From positions 1 through 26,061 of IMG/VR virus record IMGVR_UViG_3300016667_000865: DNA of 26,061 nucleotides. One strand, 5' to 3'. The stretch comes from a virus. Lineage: Duplodnaviria; Caudoviricetes. Each line of letters starts with the position of its first letter. Position 1 is the stretch's first letter. This document shows, piece after piece, positions 7,028-17,719 of this stretch. A program made the translations under genes and the position numbers. A model generated the notes under the pieces. That model did no database searches and had not been told where the DNA came from. It was given only the letters and a program-made list of their open reading frames with translations.

Positions 7028-8857
7028 ATGAGTCTTAAAAATTTCACAGATTACAAGCTTTCTCAAGACGCGTACCTAAGTTTTGATGCTAGTTCGCTAA
7101 AAGATTTAATAATCAAAAATCTAAATACAAACGAAGTATTTACAGATCAAAATTTTGAAGGTTCAAATTTTAGTGCATTCATTGATGTAGTGGCATACAT
7201 GTATCATGTACTACTCTTCTATTTAAACACAACATCAAACGAAACTACTTTCACTACAGCCACACTATATGAAAGTATGAATAAGCTTGTATCTAATATT
7301 GGATATAAGCCTCAAGGTGACCAGACATCACTACTAACATTTGAATTATCTGCTAACCCTAATTTAACCATAGGTCAATATACCCTACCTAGATATTCCT
7401 ATGTAAATATAGACAGTATATCATACTATACTCTAGAAGATACGTCATTCCAAAAAACAGTTAATGGGTATGAAGGTGTTAGTATTAACAATAATATTTT
7501 ATATCAAGGATCTCTTAAAGAAGCAGTATTTACAGCTACTGGTGAGGAATATGAAACCTTAATAATAGTAGATAGAGCTTTAGAAAATAGAGTAACATTA
7601 GCTTCAACAGCAGCGAATACAACAGAGCCGTTTATCTCTGATAATTCATTCTCTATCTATGTGCAAGATAATGCCACACTAGAGTGGTCACAGTGGGTCG
7701 AAACTTCATCTCTTTTCTTAACAGAAAGTAACTCTAATAGCTACGAAAAACGTTTGAATGAAAGTGGTAACTATGAGTTTAAGTTCGGGAATAATAATAA
7801 CGGTAAGAAGTTAAATGAAAATGATAGAGTTATAATTTTTTACTTGGTTTCAGATAATAATAAAGGTATAGCTAACTCAGGATCTATTAACGGTAAGCCT
7901 ATAAATCTTTACAATTCTTCAAACTTTAATAGCATTAAACCGTATATATATACAAGCGAATACCACTTAACAACTTCGCAAGATCTAACTTATTTAACTA
8001 TCAGCAATCAATACACTTCTACACCTATTAAGAAAGCTGAAACTGTTGATGAAATTAGAGCTAACGCTCCTAAAGCATTCGCTTCTCAAAATAGATTAGT
8101 TACTGCAATAGATTATGAAGCTTTCATTAACAAAAATTTCAATAATATAGTTAAAGATGTAAAAATTCTGTCTAATGAAGAATATACATCACAATACCTC
8201 AGATACTTTTATACAATCGGATTAGAGAGACCAAATGATAATGGTCGTGTACTATTAAATCAGGTTAATTTCTCTGCTTCAACTAATTTTAATAATGTCT
8301 ATGTGTTTATGGCTCCGCGAGAGCAGACAATTATAAATGAGCAAATACCAAACTATCTAAATACTGCTCAGAAGCAATTAATCGTAAATGCGTGTTATAA
8401 TAAAAAGGATATTACACATAACGTAGTACCAAGTGATCCGATATTTAAAGCTTTCAGCTTCGGTGTAGGTGATATCAACTCTAACACTGTTAACAGTATT
8501 GTTACAAACTCAACCCTTCTTGTAAATGTCGATAAAACATCAAGTATTAGTGATGGAGCTATAAGAAGTAAAATAGAAGAAGTATTTATAAACTACTTTA
8601 GTAATATTCAAATAGGTGATGTAGTTGATACTGCTAGTATTACTAATGATATTCTAGGTTTAGATGGTGTTACATCAATTTATACTGTTAATGGAACATC
8701 AATAGTTCCAAATATTAACTTTATTATCTGGAATCCAGATTATAGTCAAGAGGATAAGCAAATAACGTCGCAGAATTACCATTTAAGGAATTTCGAGTAC
8801 GCTTATTTTTACCAGATATCAAATATAACAACTAAAATAGTTGTTCAACGCATTTGA
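7028..8857 (+). CDS. gp6: Baseplate wedge subunit (T4 gp6-like, baseplate J family)
   Basis: FTDQNFEGSNFSAFIDVVAY, IGYKP, YEFKFGN...GKKL, ETVDEIRANAPKAFASQNRLVTAIDY. Confidence 0.92.
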   Translation: MSLKNFTDYKLSQDAYLSFDASSLKDLIIKNLNTNEVFTDQNFEGSNFSAFIDVVAYMYHVLLFYLNTTSNETTFTTATLYESMNKLVSNIGYKPQGDQTSLLTFELSANPNLTIGQYTLPRYSYVNIDSISYYTLEDTSFQKTVNGYEGVSINNNILYQGSLKEAVFTATGEEYETLIIVDRALENRVTLASTAANTTEPFISDNSFSIYVQDNATLEWSQWVETSSLFLTESNSNSYEKRLNESGNYEFKFGNNNNGKKLNENDRVIIFYLVSDNNKGIANSGSINGKPINLYNSSNFNSIKPYIYTSEYHLTTSQDLTYLTISNQYTSTPIKKAETVDEIRANAPKAFASQNRLVTAIDYEAFINKNFNNIVKDVKILSNEEYTSQYLRYFYTIGLERPNDNGRVLLNQVNFSASTNFNNVYVFMAPREQTIINEQIPNYLNTAQKQLIVNACYNKKDITHNVVPSDPIFKAFSFGVGDINSNTVNSIVTNSTLLVNVDKTSSISDGAIRSKIEEVFINYFSNIQIGDVVDTASITNDILGLDGVTSIYTVNGTSIVPNINFIIWNPDYSQEDKQITSQNYHLRNFEYAYFYQISNITTKIVVQRI

Positions 8858-8872
8858 TATTAAATATAATAT

Positions 8873-10954
8873 ATGGCTACTGGTAGTGTAGAGTTTGATA
8901 AGTCAGGAAATTTTAATTTAGTTTATAATTTCTTTACAACATTAGATTATACACTGCAAGAATCTAATAGTAGTTACGCTCTACCGTTTACTCCCTTTTA
9001 CTTTAAACCAAATATCGATAAGAATGGTGTAACAGGTATTCTATCAAATAGAAGAATTAAATGGGATTTCGGTGATGGGACTCAATCAGAAGCTTTAACC
9101 GGTGAGCATGCATATGATAAGCCAGGTATGTATAAGGTAACCTGCTTTTTATATGATAAAGCAGGTGAAGCATATTTTGACACATATAGTACACAAGTAA
9201 GAGTACGTGACTTTATAGAAGATCGTTTAGTGGTTTGTGATGGTGAATGTAATATATTCTCACAACAAGCTGGTCAGCTTACTTACCCTATTAACATTAA
9301 GCGGTACAATTCTTATAGAAGTGTTGAATCAAACATACCTACAATTGTAAATTATATTTCTGGTTCTACTGGCATAGAGACGTATTATGGTACAAGCTCA
9401 GAAACCAACCCTTACGGACATTTACCGCAATCCACATCTTTTTATAACTACCTAACTACCAACAGCGTTGTAGATATTGTACCTACAAATACAGTAACTA
9501 CAACCGATACAAACATTTATATAAAGCTTTCTGGTACAGATATTATTTATACAGATAAAACAGATAGTGATGCGTTCTTTGCTGGTGTATCAGGTGCAGG
9601 AGATGTTTACTATAATAGCGACCTACCCGGTCAGTATAATCTTTACTTTGGATTTGAAGTAGATAGTATAATACCTTATACAAATACTACTACTTATGGT
9701 ATTATAGCTAATATAACAACGCCACCGTATGATATTTTTACAGGCAGCTCCTTAGTGATTACATCAAATGGTATAGATGGTGAAGGACAATCTAATAATA
9801 TTTTTTATATTAATAAAAATAAGTTTTCAGGTACAAAGGTAGGGTTTGTAGTTAGAGTCAAAGATAATAGTGATTTTACACAGAAGTACATGCCACAGTT
9901 AAGTTCGGTTAGTGCTCCTATAACGCTTACATTAACTGATGGTACTACAGTATACCCAGCCACCTTTTACTCAACCAATTACACACTTTCTAATTACAAT
10001 ATAGGTGGCTTTTTAAAGGGATATTTTACAATTAATACCAACACGGTTCTTAATGATGTATATATTACTGCTTCAACTACATATAACAACTACACTATAG
10101 TAGGTACAAGCAATACTTTTGATATCTACCCAAATAACTATTATAATATTGCTAAAAAGGGTGAAGATATTGACTTTAAACAGACATTTAAGAGTATAGC
10201 ATTTCAACCTGTACTTATCAATAGTAAAATTCTATTTGACGACTTCCTTGGCTCTATATTCGGTGATATAACATCTGCCCAAACATCTATGGGTAAGAGC
10301 ACGTATGAAAAAATCAAAAACTTTGCAGATAACAATAGTATTATTGATTATGCTAACGTCGATCAGTTGGTTTCCCTTTTAGAAAGTATAGATTTTAAAA
10401 CTATAACTAGATATACCTTCCCTTCCTCAATCAAGCGGTTAGTTGATATACTGTCTATAAGTCACTCCAGATTATTTGGTCAGCGAAATATTAACGCTCA
10501 AAATTTTAATACATATGGTTACTTAAACAGTGATATTTATGGTATCAACCTAGGTAATAGTATTACAACCAGTTATTCAATTACAGCTGGTAATGACATC
10601 ATAGCGTTTGAGAAATATAGTGGTAACTATTTACGTTTAAATACATTTTCACCGCTATGCGCTTCTACAGCACCTACACTTTATACGGGTACATACAGAT
10701 TAAGTGATTATAATAGTACATGGGGATGGCCTTTAGTGTATAATAATGTCGCAGACCTATTCAATTACTATGAATTTTATGAATTTGTACCAACACCTGA
10801 AGGTACTATTAATAATTCTGTAATTAATTTTTACGATGACAATAATACTATTAGTTCTGCACTATCATCTTATACGGAATGGTCAAAAGATGATGGAACT
10901 ATTAGTAATATACTAGCAAATGCACTATATCAGGGTCTAGACTTAATTTCATGA
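8873..10954 (+). CDS. Virion structural protein with an N-terminal PKD domain (baseplate-associated)
   Basis: KWDFGDG...HAYDKPGMYKVT is the PKD signature. Follows gp6. TAAATA at 8861-8866. Confidence 0.7.
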   Translation: MATGSVEFDKSGNFNLVYNFFTTLDYTLQESNSSYALPFTPFYFKPNIDKNGVTGILSNRRIKWDFGDGTQSEALTGEHAYDKPGMYKVTCFLYDKAGEAYFDTYSTQVRVRDFIEDRLVVCDGECNIFSQQAGQLTYPINIKRYNSYRSVESNIPTIVNYISGSTGIETYYGTSSETNPYGHLPQSTSFYNYLTTNSVVDIVPTNTVTTTDTNIYIKLSGTDIIYTDKTDSDAFFAGVSGAGDVYYNSDLPGQYNLYFGFEVDSIIPYTNTTTYGIIANITTPPYDIFTGSSLVITSNGIDGEGQSNNIFYINKNKFSGTKVGFVVRVKDNSDFTQKYMPQLSSVSAPITLTLTDGTTVYPATFYSTNYTLSNYNIGGFLKGYFTINTNTVLNDVYITASTTYNNYTIVGTSNTFDIYPNNYYNIAKKGEDIDFKQTFKSIAFQPVLINSKILFDDFLGSIFGDITSAQTSMGKSTYEKIKNFADNNSIIDYANVDQLVSLLESIDFKTITRYTFPSSIKRLVDILSISHSRLFGQRNINAQNFNTYGYLNSDIYGINLGNSITTSYSITAGNDIIAFEKYSGNYLRLNTFSPLCASTAPTLYTGTYRLSDYNSTWGWPLVYNNVADLFNYYEFYEFVPTPEGTINNSVINFYDDNNTISSALSSYTEWSKDDGTISNILANALYQGLDLIS

Positions 10955-10968
10955 CATAAATAATATAG

Positions 10969-13872
10969 ATGCATGAGAGTGTTAAATATAGTACACCAGA
11001 AGTCAATTTCTCGATAACAAATCCAAATATCGAAGAAGGTACTGCGCAGGATACTGTAGCTCCATTTTCGTTTTTAGACTTTATACACAATACAAAAGTT
11101 GATTATACACCTGAAGAATATAGTAGTTTTTATACAGCCTATATTAAGAGTTGGTACAGTCAAAAAGATACATCAGAAGCTCAACAGGCTGCTGACTTCC
11201 GTGATTTTTATATTAACTTCATTAAGGAAGTTGTATTAGACTTTACAACAGAAAGTGAAAAACGGTTCTTACAGAGTATAGACTATAACGATCCCGTCGA
11301 TTTAGATATAGCTATACCTTTTTACGCTAATAAGATAAAGGAGATTGTTATCTTCTATAAGAATAAACGTGAAGAAGGTAAGTATGTAATTGAACGTAAT
11401 AAGATTAAAGGTTCTACTACCGGTGTAGAAAAGGCTATATTTGACAATATCTATAACTTTGTATTTGGACATCAAGATACCCTACAGACAACTAATATAT
11501 TGCTAGATAATCTCGAGATTGACATTGATGAATATATAGATGTTTATGGTGATTATTTTGATCTACCTAGAACCTCTTCTGCAGAAGCTGATTTAAGACG
11601 TGAGTTATATACTAGTAACTTAAACGATATTAATCCCTCCTTCTACTTTGATACAGATGTTTTAAGTTTGTTAAGAGTTCAGAGCTTTATTAGCTCTATA
11701 CCAACATTCACTATTAACGTGCCTTACACACCTAATGCGTGTGATCCTGCTGATCCATTAAATGAAATTCTCAATAATAGTATTAAGAGTAGCTTTGGTA
11801 CAAGTGAATTATATGCTTTAAAGCGTAAACTTATTAGCAAATACTGTGGAACTAATTTCTATTATATAGATGCATCTGTAACACCACCAGTTTCTGGTGT
11901 ATTATTTACAGCCGATGCACCTACTAATAATCTTCTTAGTATTCAAACTGCAGATACCGCTACTGTTGATAGTAATGAAACACGACTTCTACGAGATGTT
12001 GGACTATTCTTTACACCAGATAAGCTTGGATTATTTAAAATAGATTCCGAGAATAATAGATATACTATAGATACAACAAAGATTGTTACAGGTAATAGGT
12101 ATATATTCCCAGACCCTAAAATGTATGGTAATGTTTCTACTAATCCTCAAGAGAATTACCCTGTATTATTTCAATACTTCTATAACGACGATATTTGCAG
12201 TAATAGTAGCGGTTTTGCAATTGGTGATCCAGTTATCACAAATAAAGATAAAACCTTTACAGGATATAACGCAAAAGAACGATTAATTAATCTTGATATC
12301 GCGAATGATATCACCTATAAATTAAATTTTACTGATCTATACAATCAAGGTGCAATTAGTAAAGTGCAGTATGATGTTTATGGTAATGAATATGCATTAT
12401 TTAAGTCAGAACCCCTCAAACAAATAACTACCAAAGAAGGTAGTTATATCAAAGATCTTATCTTAGATGGACATACTTTCTTCGATATATATGACGGGTA
12501 TAGTTTTGATTATAGTCTAACAGGTTTAGAAGGAGGGTCTATTAGATCTGGCCTAACATCTTTAACTAATGGATTTACAGGTTTTGGATCTTCTTACTAT
12601 ACATTATATTTTCGTGAGTTTTTACCATATCAAGAAACTCAAATAGCTACTAGAGATATTACAGCTGTATATAGAGATGGGGCGTATTTTACTTTCTTAG
12701 ATGGTAGCTTACTACCAGATCCACTATCTCCAGAAGATGATGGATATCCCGGAAACTACAATTACTACTATAATACATTTTTAGACTGTAACTTTACATC
12801 TGATAACTCACTTCTAACAGAAAATAGTTATTTTATTACAACAGATCAAGCGCCCGTTTCATCACTTGAAACAGAACAGGCAGGTATTACAGCTTCATTT
12901 ACTTATGATGTAAGAACACTACTATCATCCGGTGATGCACATTCTTATGATGGTGGATACTTTACAGATAATATATCCCTACCTAACGACTCTGATTATG
13001 ATTTCAATTATACATATATATCATCTACTGACGATCGAGCAAAAACGGTCTTAGATGTAGCGAGTAGCGATCTAACATTATCACAAACCGAAAAGGAGTC
13101 TTTAACTGGTAAGTTCTTTATTAAGAATCAAAGATTCTCAAACTCACAATTACTATCAACGGTTTTTGATACTAACTTTAACAAATATTCAACAGCGATT
13201 AAAACCGATCTGTATAATAATATAATCGATTTTGATGTTATATACGATATTTTAGTACTACAGACACCAACATATTTAGTTTTTGATAAGATCAACTATC
13301 ATGACGGTCAATTTGATATACAGACAAAATTAAACACTGTATATTCAGTAAATTCAGGTTCTCAATTAGAGAAATTTTCAAATCGCTTCTTCAACGAAGA
13401 TCGTAACCGAATATTATTTACAATATTTAAACCACTAACAACAACTAGCTCAATAGCTAACTATTACTCTTATGTTCCAGAGGTTCATGAATATAATATT
13501 ACTACTACAGCTAGTAAAAAGTTATTCCCACTCGATAGTGATATATCACTATTAAGTTCGTTTATTCCTAACTTAAGCGGTGTATCAGGTAATAATTTTA
13601 TACCTGTAGCTATCGATACACCAACGCTCACTTATACACAATTAAACGATGTATATAAATTGACTTATATTCTACGTGATAATAATAATTTTTCACATAT
13701 AGCTGAAGCTTCCTTTACATATCTAAATGATAAGTTTGAGTTAGCATCTGTAAACTTTTATAATACTAATTCAACTCTACGTACAACATCATTTGGTACA
13801 GCTACTCAATTTGCAACAATATCTTCTAGATCAGGAACATATGCTGCAACTAACAATACCCTTGTTATATGA
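10969..13872 (+). CDS. Large baseplate/virion structural protein; N-terminus loosely gp7-like
   Basis: 967 aa. KIKEIVIFYKNKR...KIKGSTTGVEKAI recalls the wedge-initiator IK.FY..KG motif. Baseplate context. TAAATA at 10957-10962. Confidence 0.55.
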   Translation: MHESVKYSTPEVNFSITNPNIEEGTAQDTVAPFSFLDFIHNTKVDYTPEEYSSFYTAYIKSWYSQKDTSEAQQAADFRDFYINFIKEVVLDFTTESEKRFLQSIDYNDPVDLDIAIPFYANKIKEIVIFYKNKREEGKYVIERNKIKGSTTGVEKAIFDNIYNFVFGHQDTLQTTNILLDNLEIDIDEYIDVYGDYFDLPRTSSAEADLRRELYTSNLNDINPSFYFDTDVLSLLRVQSFISSIPTFTINVPYTPNACDPADPLNEILNNSIKSSFGTSELYALKRKLISKYCGTNFYYIDASVTPPVSGVLFTADAPTNNLLSIQTADTATVDSNETRLLRDVGLFFTPDKLGLFKIDSENNRYTIDTTKIVTGNRYIFPDPKMYGNVSTNPQENYPVLFQYFYNDDICSNSSGFAIGDPVITNKDKTFTGYNAKERLINLDIANDITYKLNFTDLYNQGAISKVQYDVYGNEYALFKSEPLKQITTKEGSYIKDLILDGHTFFDIYDGYSFDYSLTGLEGGSIRSGLTSLTNGFTGFGSSYYTLYFREFLPYQETQIATRDITAVYRDGAYFTFLDGSLLPDPLSPEDDGYPGNYNYYYNTFLDCNFTSDNSLLTENSYFITTDQAPVSSLETEQAGITASFTYDVRTLLSSGDAHSYDGGYFTDNISLPNDSDYDFNYTYISSTDDRAKTVLDVASSDLTLSQTEKESLTGKFFIKNQRFSNSQLLSTVFDTNFNKYSTAIKTDLYNNIIDFDVIYDILVLQTPTYLVFDKINYHDGQFDIQTKLNTVYSVNSGSQLEKFSNRFFNEDRNRILFTIFKPLTTTSSIANYYSYVPEVHEYNITTTASKKLFPLDSDISLLSSFIPNLSGVSGNNFIPVAIDTPTLTYTQLNDVYKLTYILRDNNNFSHIAEASFTYLNDKFELASVNFYNTNSTLRTTSFGTATQFATISSRSGTYAATNNTLVI

Positions 13873-14396
13873 TAACACACCCTCTCTATTTTAACTTAAG
13901 CAGTATAACGCAAAGCACATCAACGGTTAATACCGTTGTAACTTTAAAAGGTATTAGTAACATACAGTTTATACTCACAGGTATTGCTGAAGATTACTAT
14001 AAGGCAATGTCTATCGATATTAATTGGGGTGATTATTCACCTACAGAATATTATGGTGTAGATTTAGTTAAAGATTACAAAAATACATCTATCTTTGATG
14101 AGATTCTATATGGTAAAGTTGGTGGTAGTATAATGACCAGTTATAACCATACATATAAACTTCCTGTATCAACATTTGGTATACACCTAACCGCTCAATG
14201 CTTAGTTTATTTTAATAATGGTAATTATGCATCATTTTTTCAGCCTATAACTCTTATTAAAGAGTCGTATTATGATGATATTAAGCAACTAAACATACTA
14301 AACACACAGATACAGCGAGTATCTTCAACAACATTTGTTAATTTAGAGAGTAAATTCAACAAACAAACTTACATAGCTCTTTTGAACAAAAATTAA
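13869..14396 (+). CDS. Hypothetical structural protein with a PKD/Ig-like beta sandwich
   Basis: 175 aa, DINWGD...HTY motif, ATGA overlap with the upstream gene. Confidence 0.6.
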   Translation: MITHPLYFNLSSITQSTSTVNTVVTLKGISNIQFILTGIAEDYYKAMSIDINWGDYSPTEYYGVDLVKDYKNTSIFDEILYGKVGGSIMTSYNHTYKLPVSTFGIHLTAQCLVYFNNGNYASFFQPITLIKESYYDDIKQLNILNTQIQRVSSTTFVNLESKFNKQTYIALLNKN

Positions 14397-14431
14397 AGCT
14401 TGTAAATAAAGTGCACCACTAAATATATACA

Positions 14432-17400
14432 GTGGTAAGTAGTACTTTTAGTAATATCAGTTCAATAGCTTTTCCGACAGCTAACTATCTTAGTGAGTCT
14501 GTTAATATTAAGCAGAGTCGATCTACACTTGAACAAGGTGTAACGATTAATACTATTAATGCGCTTTCAGATGCTAAGTCGACTACAATAAACAACTATA
14601 CTTCGCATTATCTCTCCGATAAAAAGCTCTTATCTGAGATAATTGAAATACCTCATCAAACTCATACGATTCAGAATCTCGTAACCCAATTAGTTCTCAA
14701 AGATACTAGTATTAATGATACAAGATATCTTTATTTTATATCACAAACATCAGATGACAGGCAACGAAATGTACGGGCCTTTGTAGAGAGTGATGTATAT
14801 AATACAAACAATACGTTTTTTGAATTAGAAATTTTATCTGGTCAATTACTTAGAGTTAAACATAACAACGGTCTAAATGATTTTTATTTAAATTATAATA
14901 ACGGATTTGTTTTTTATCAGTATTCTTTTAATGATGATTTATCAGATCTTTCTATAACAAGACCTGATATGTTTAGATATATATTAGATTCTAACGGATA
15001 TTTACAGTTATATCAATATAGAAATGATATCTTACATGTAGTTACTCTTAGCGGTGATAAACTTAATTTAACACCTGTTGTAAGTGGCAGTTTAAATAGA
15101 GACAGTTCGAATATGTTCTATATAGATTACAATTTTAGTAATCTTGAACCTCAAATTGATAATGGATTTGTTAGTTATGATATACATAAGCAAAATACCC
15201 TTTCAATAGATACATTAAGGAGTGATACACACACATCAAGTCAATTACTCTTGCACACAGCATATAATACTGTAAGTAGTGATCAACTAACACTTAATTA
15301 TTTAGAACTTGAAACAGATCGATCTGAATATAGCTTTGCAAGAAGAGGATCAAACACCCAAAATGGATTAAAGACTGTCCCAGGTGTTGATTTTAGAGGC
15401 TACCAGACAATTCATACCGGAGCTGATCAAGAAAGAGGTAATGAAAATATATCATTAACGTATACATTCTACGATAAGGATTTTTACATTAAGAATGATA
15501 CAGATACGGTATTTAAAGCACCTGACTCAATTTACCCGTACAAAGCCCTCAATATAAATGATAGTACCTTTGTAGAAAATGGTAGTTTTTCTGCACCAAC
15601 ACCAGATTTAGCAGATAAAATATATGTTAACCGTGATAGTCTAAGTTCTTTTAGTAATGGTAGATATCTTTGTACGTGGTTATCCGCTAGCAATAGTGAG
15701 CAACCAGGTGTTTGGGTTGATAGATATTATTACCCGGATAAAATTTCTAAGTCTGAAGCACTTGCTGCGTACTCGTATAGTGGATCACTAACAGAATTAC
15801 CATCATTTCAAGATAGTATAGATTATATTAATTTACAATTAACTAATACTGAATTAGTAGATATTAAGATATTTGATAAACTAAGTGATGCGTGTATTGA
15901 ACCTAACTGCACAATAAAGTATTCACGTGTAGGTAACAATAGCATACAAGCTATAATAGATAACTCTACACCAACGGTATCTGGATTTACTTCATATTAT
16001 ACGAGTAAAAATGTTGAAATGCCATATAATTCAACAAGCTATACATACGATGGGACAACCTATACGAAATTTAATGCGTATAACGCATTAAATAACGCAC
16101 ACCAATTCACAATATCGTTTGATACTTACATTGATCCGAGTAAAGTTTATGGCTATCAGATTTTCGGTAATAATACTAACGCAGGCTTTGGTATATTCAG
16201 TGATAAGTCAGTAACACCCTTTATATATGTTGTACAAAACAATAACCTGTTTGTTTATAATACATCTTATGAGTTGGTAAATAATATCCAGTTTGATGCT
16301 AATATTAAAGATGTAATTAAGTATGAGGCTATCGATAATTTTATAGTCACATGTGAAAATGACCTTATCTACCGTGTTAATAGCATTGGTAATAAGCTAG
16401 CTATGCGTAATGCTTGGGAAATTCATGGCTATACAGGGTATTCACAAGAAAAGAGCTCAATATACTTTACACTAAGTAATAATTATCTTAAGTCACTAGA
16501 TATTAACACTCTAGTAGTTTCAGATGTTGATTATAATATACCATCTCTTATCGGATTAGATGGTAGTAGTTTTGCTAATAAAACAGGGGTAGTAACATAT
16601 AAGAGTATTCCCTATAATATACCAAGCGCTACCTTTAAATACGAGAATAGTGATGTTATATTCTATTCTCTAAGTAATATTTTATTTAAGCATCCCCTCT
16701 ATACTAACGGTGTACCGTTTGCAAAATCAACAGATATAATTACTAGTTATAATACATTTGGTAGAGATGTGTATTTTACCACAAAGAATAAATTATTTTC
16801 CTATAACACAAACGGTATATATCGTCTATCAGCTGATTTTAATACTGCAACATTTACATCTATTACAGGCACCCCATTAAGTGGTGGTAGAGTTAATAAT
16901 ATCGACATTATTAATGAGTATGTTAACGGTGTTCAAAATAACCGCATAACGTATTTATGCGAAGATATCAATGGTAACTTATACTTAACTGATCTTACTA
17001 ATATTACTAGTTTAGGATTATCAGCAGCACCTAACAGCCGTACAAACAGTCAGACAAATTATAACTGGTTAAATCTTAATAACACACCGACAATTGACTT
17101 TAAGTTAACACTTCAAAATTATCTAAGCACAGCAGATATCTTAACTAACACTATAAAATTAAGTACTTCAAACCTAGACGCCGGTTACCATACTTTTACT
17201 TATAGGTTTGATGGATGGCAAGGTAATATAGATTTATTTGTAGATAGCAAGCTATACGGTCATGCATCTATTAAGCCAGGTAAATATATGATCCAAGATA
17301 TATTTAACGATGAACTATATGCTGGTACAACAGGGTTTTATAATGGTGTTGATTTAGCAACATACCTCAAGCAACCTGGCTACTATTACGTTAAGGATCT

Positions 17401-17719
17401 TGAGTTAAGAAATATGTTCATTTACGATAAAGCGCTAACTACTACAGAGATTTACGCTTTAAATCTATTAAGTACAAAGATAGACGATCTAGTATTAGCC
17501 TTACCAGCTGGTCAGCGCAACAACAAAGAACAAATTGAGAGATTCTTTAAATTTAAGACATACAACTCATCAAAGAATATTGATATTGTTATTAAAAATC
17601 TACATGCAGCATCTGATGAGATTAAAGCTTCTATACGTAACAGTATTCTAAGCGAGTCAAAATCAATTTTACCGATCGGTGTTAAAATTAACGATATAAA
17701 ATTTATTAACTATATATGA
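14432..17719 (+). CDS. Large virion protein with a LamG/ConA-like domain
   Basis: 1095 aa, GTG start with TAAATA 6 nt upstream. FTISFDTY, YHTFTYRFDG..GNIDLFVDSKL, LRNMFIYDKALTTTEIYAL. Confidence 0.7.
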   Translation: MVSSTFSNISSIAFPTANYLSESVNIKQSRSTLEQGVTINTINALSDAKSTTINNYTSHYLSDKKLLSEIIEIPHQTHTIQNLVTQLVLKDTSINDTRYLYFISQTSDDRQRNVRAFVESDVYNTNNTFFELEILSGQLLRVKHNNGLNDFYLNYNNGFVFYQYSFNDDLSDLSITRPDMFRYILDSNGYLQLYQYRNDILHVVTLSGDKLNLTPVVSGSLNRDSSNMFYIDYNFSNLEPQIDNGFVSYDIHKQNTLSIDTLRSDTHTSSQLLLHTAYNTVSSDQLTLNYLELETDRSEYSFARRGSNTQNGLKTVPGVDFRGYQTIHTGADQERGNENISLTYTFYDKDFYIKNDTDTVFKAPDSIYPYKALNINDSTFVENGSFSAPTPDLADKIYVNRDSLSSFSNGRYLCTWLSASNSEQPGVWVDRYYYPDKISKSEALAAYSYSGSLTELPSFQDSIDYINLQLTNTELVDIKIFDKLSDACIEPNCTIKYSRVGNNSIQAIIDNSTPTVSGFTSYYTSKNVEMPYNSTSYTYDGTTYTKFNAYNALNNAHQFTISFDTYIDPSKVYGYQIFGNNTNAGFGIFSDKSVTPFIYVVQNNNLFVYNTSYELVNNIQFDANIKDVIKYEAIDNFIVTCENDLIYRVNSIGNKLAMRNAWEIHGYTGYSQEKSSIYFTLSNNYLKSLDINTLVVSDVDYNIPSLIGLDGSSFANKTGVVTYKSIPYNIPSATFKYENSDVIFYSLSNILFKHPLYTNGVPFAKSTDIITSYNTFGRDVYFTTKNKLFSYNTNGIYRLSADFNTATFTSITGTPLSGGRVNNIDIINEYVNGVQNNRITYLCEDINGNLYLTDLTNITSLGLSAAPNSRTNSQTNYNWLNLNNTPTIDFKLTLQNYLSTADILTNTIKLSTSNLDAGYHTFTYRFDGWQGNIDLFVDSKLYGHASIKPGKYMIQDIFNDELYAGTTGFYNGVDLATYLKQPGYYYVKDLELRNMFIYDKALTTTEIYALNLLSTKIDDLVLALPAGQRNNKEQIERFFKFKTYNSSKNIDIVIKNLHAASDEIKASIRNSILSESKSILPIGVKINDIKFINYI

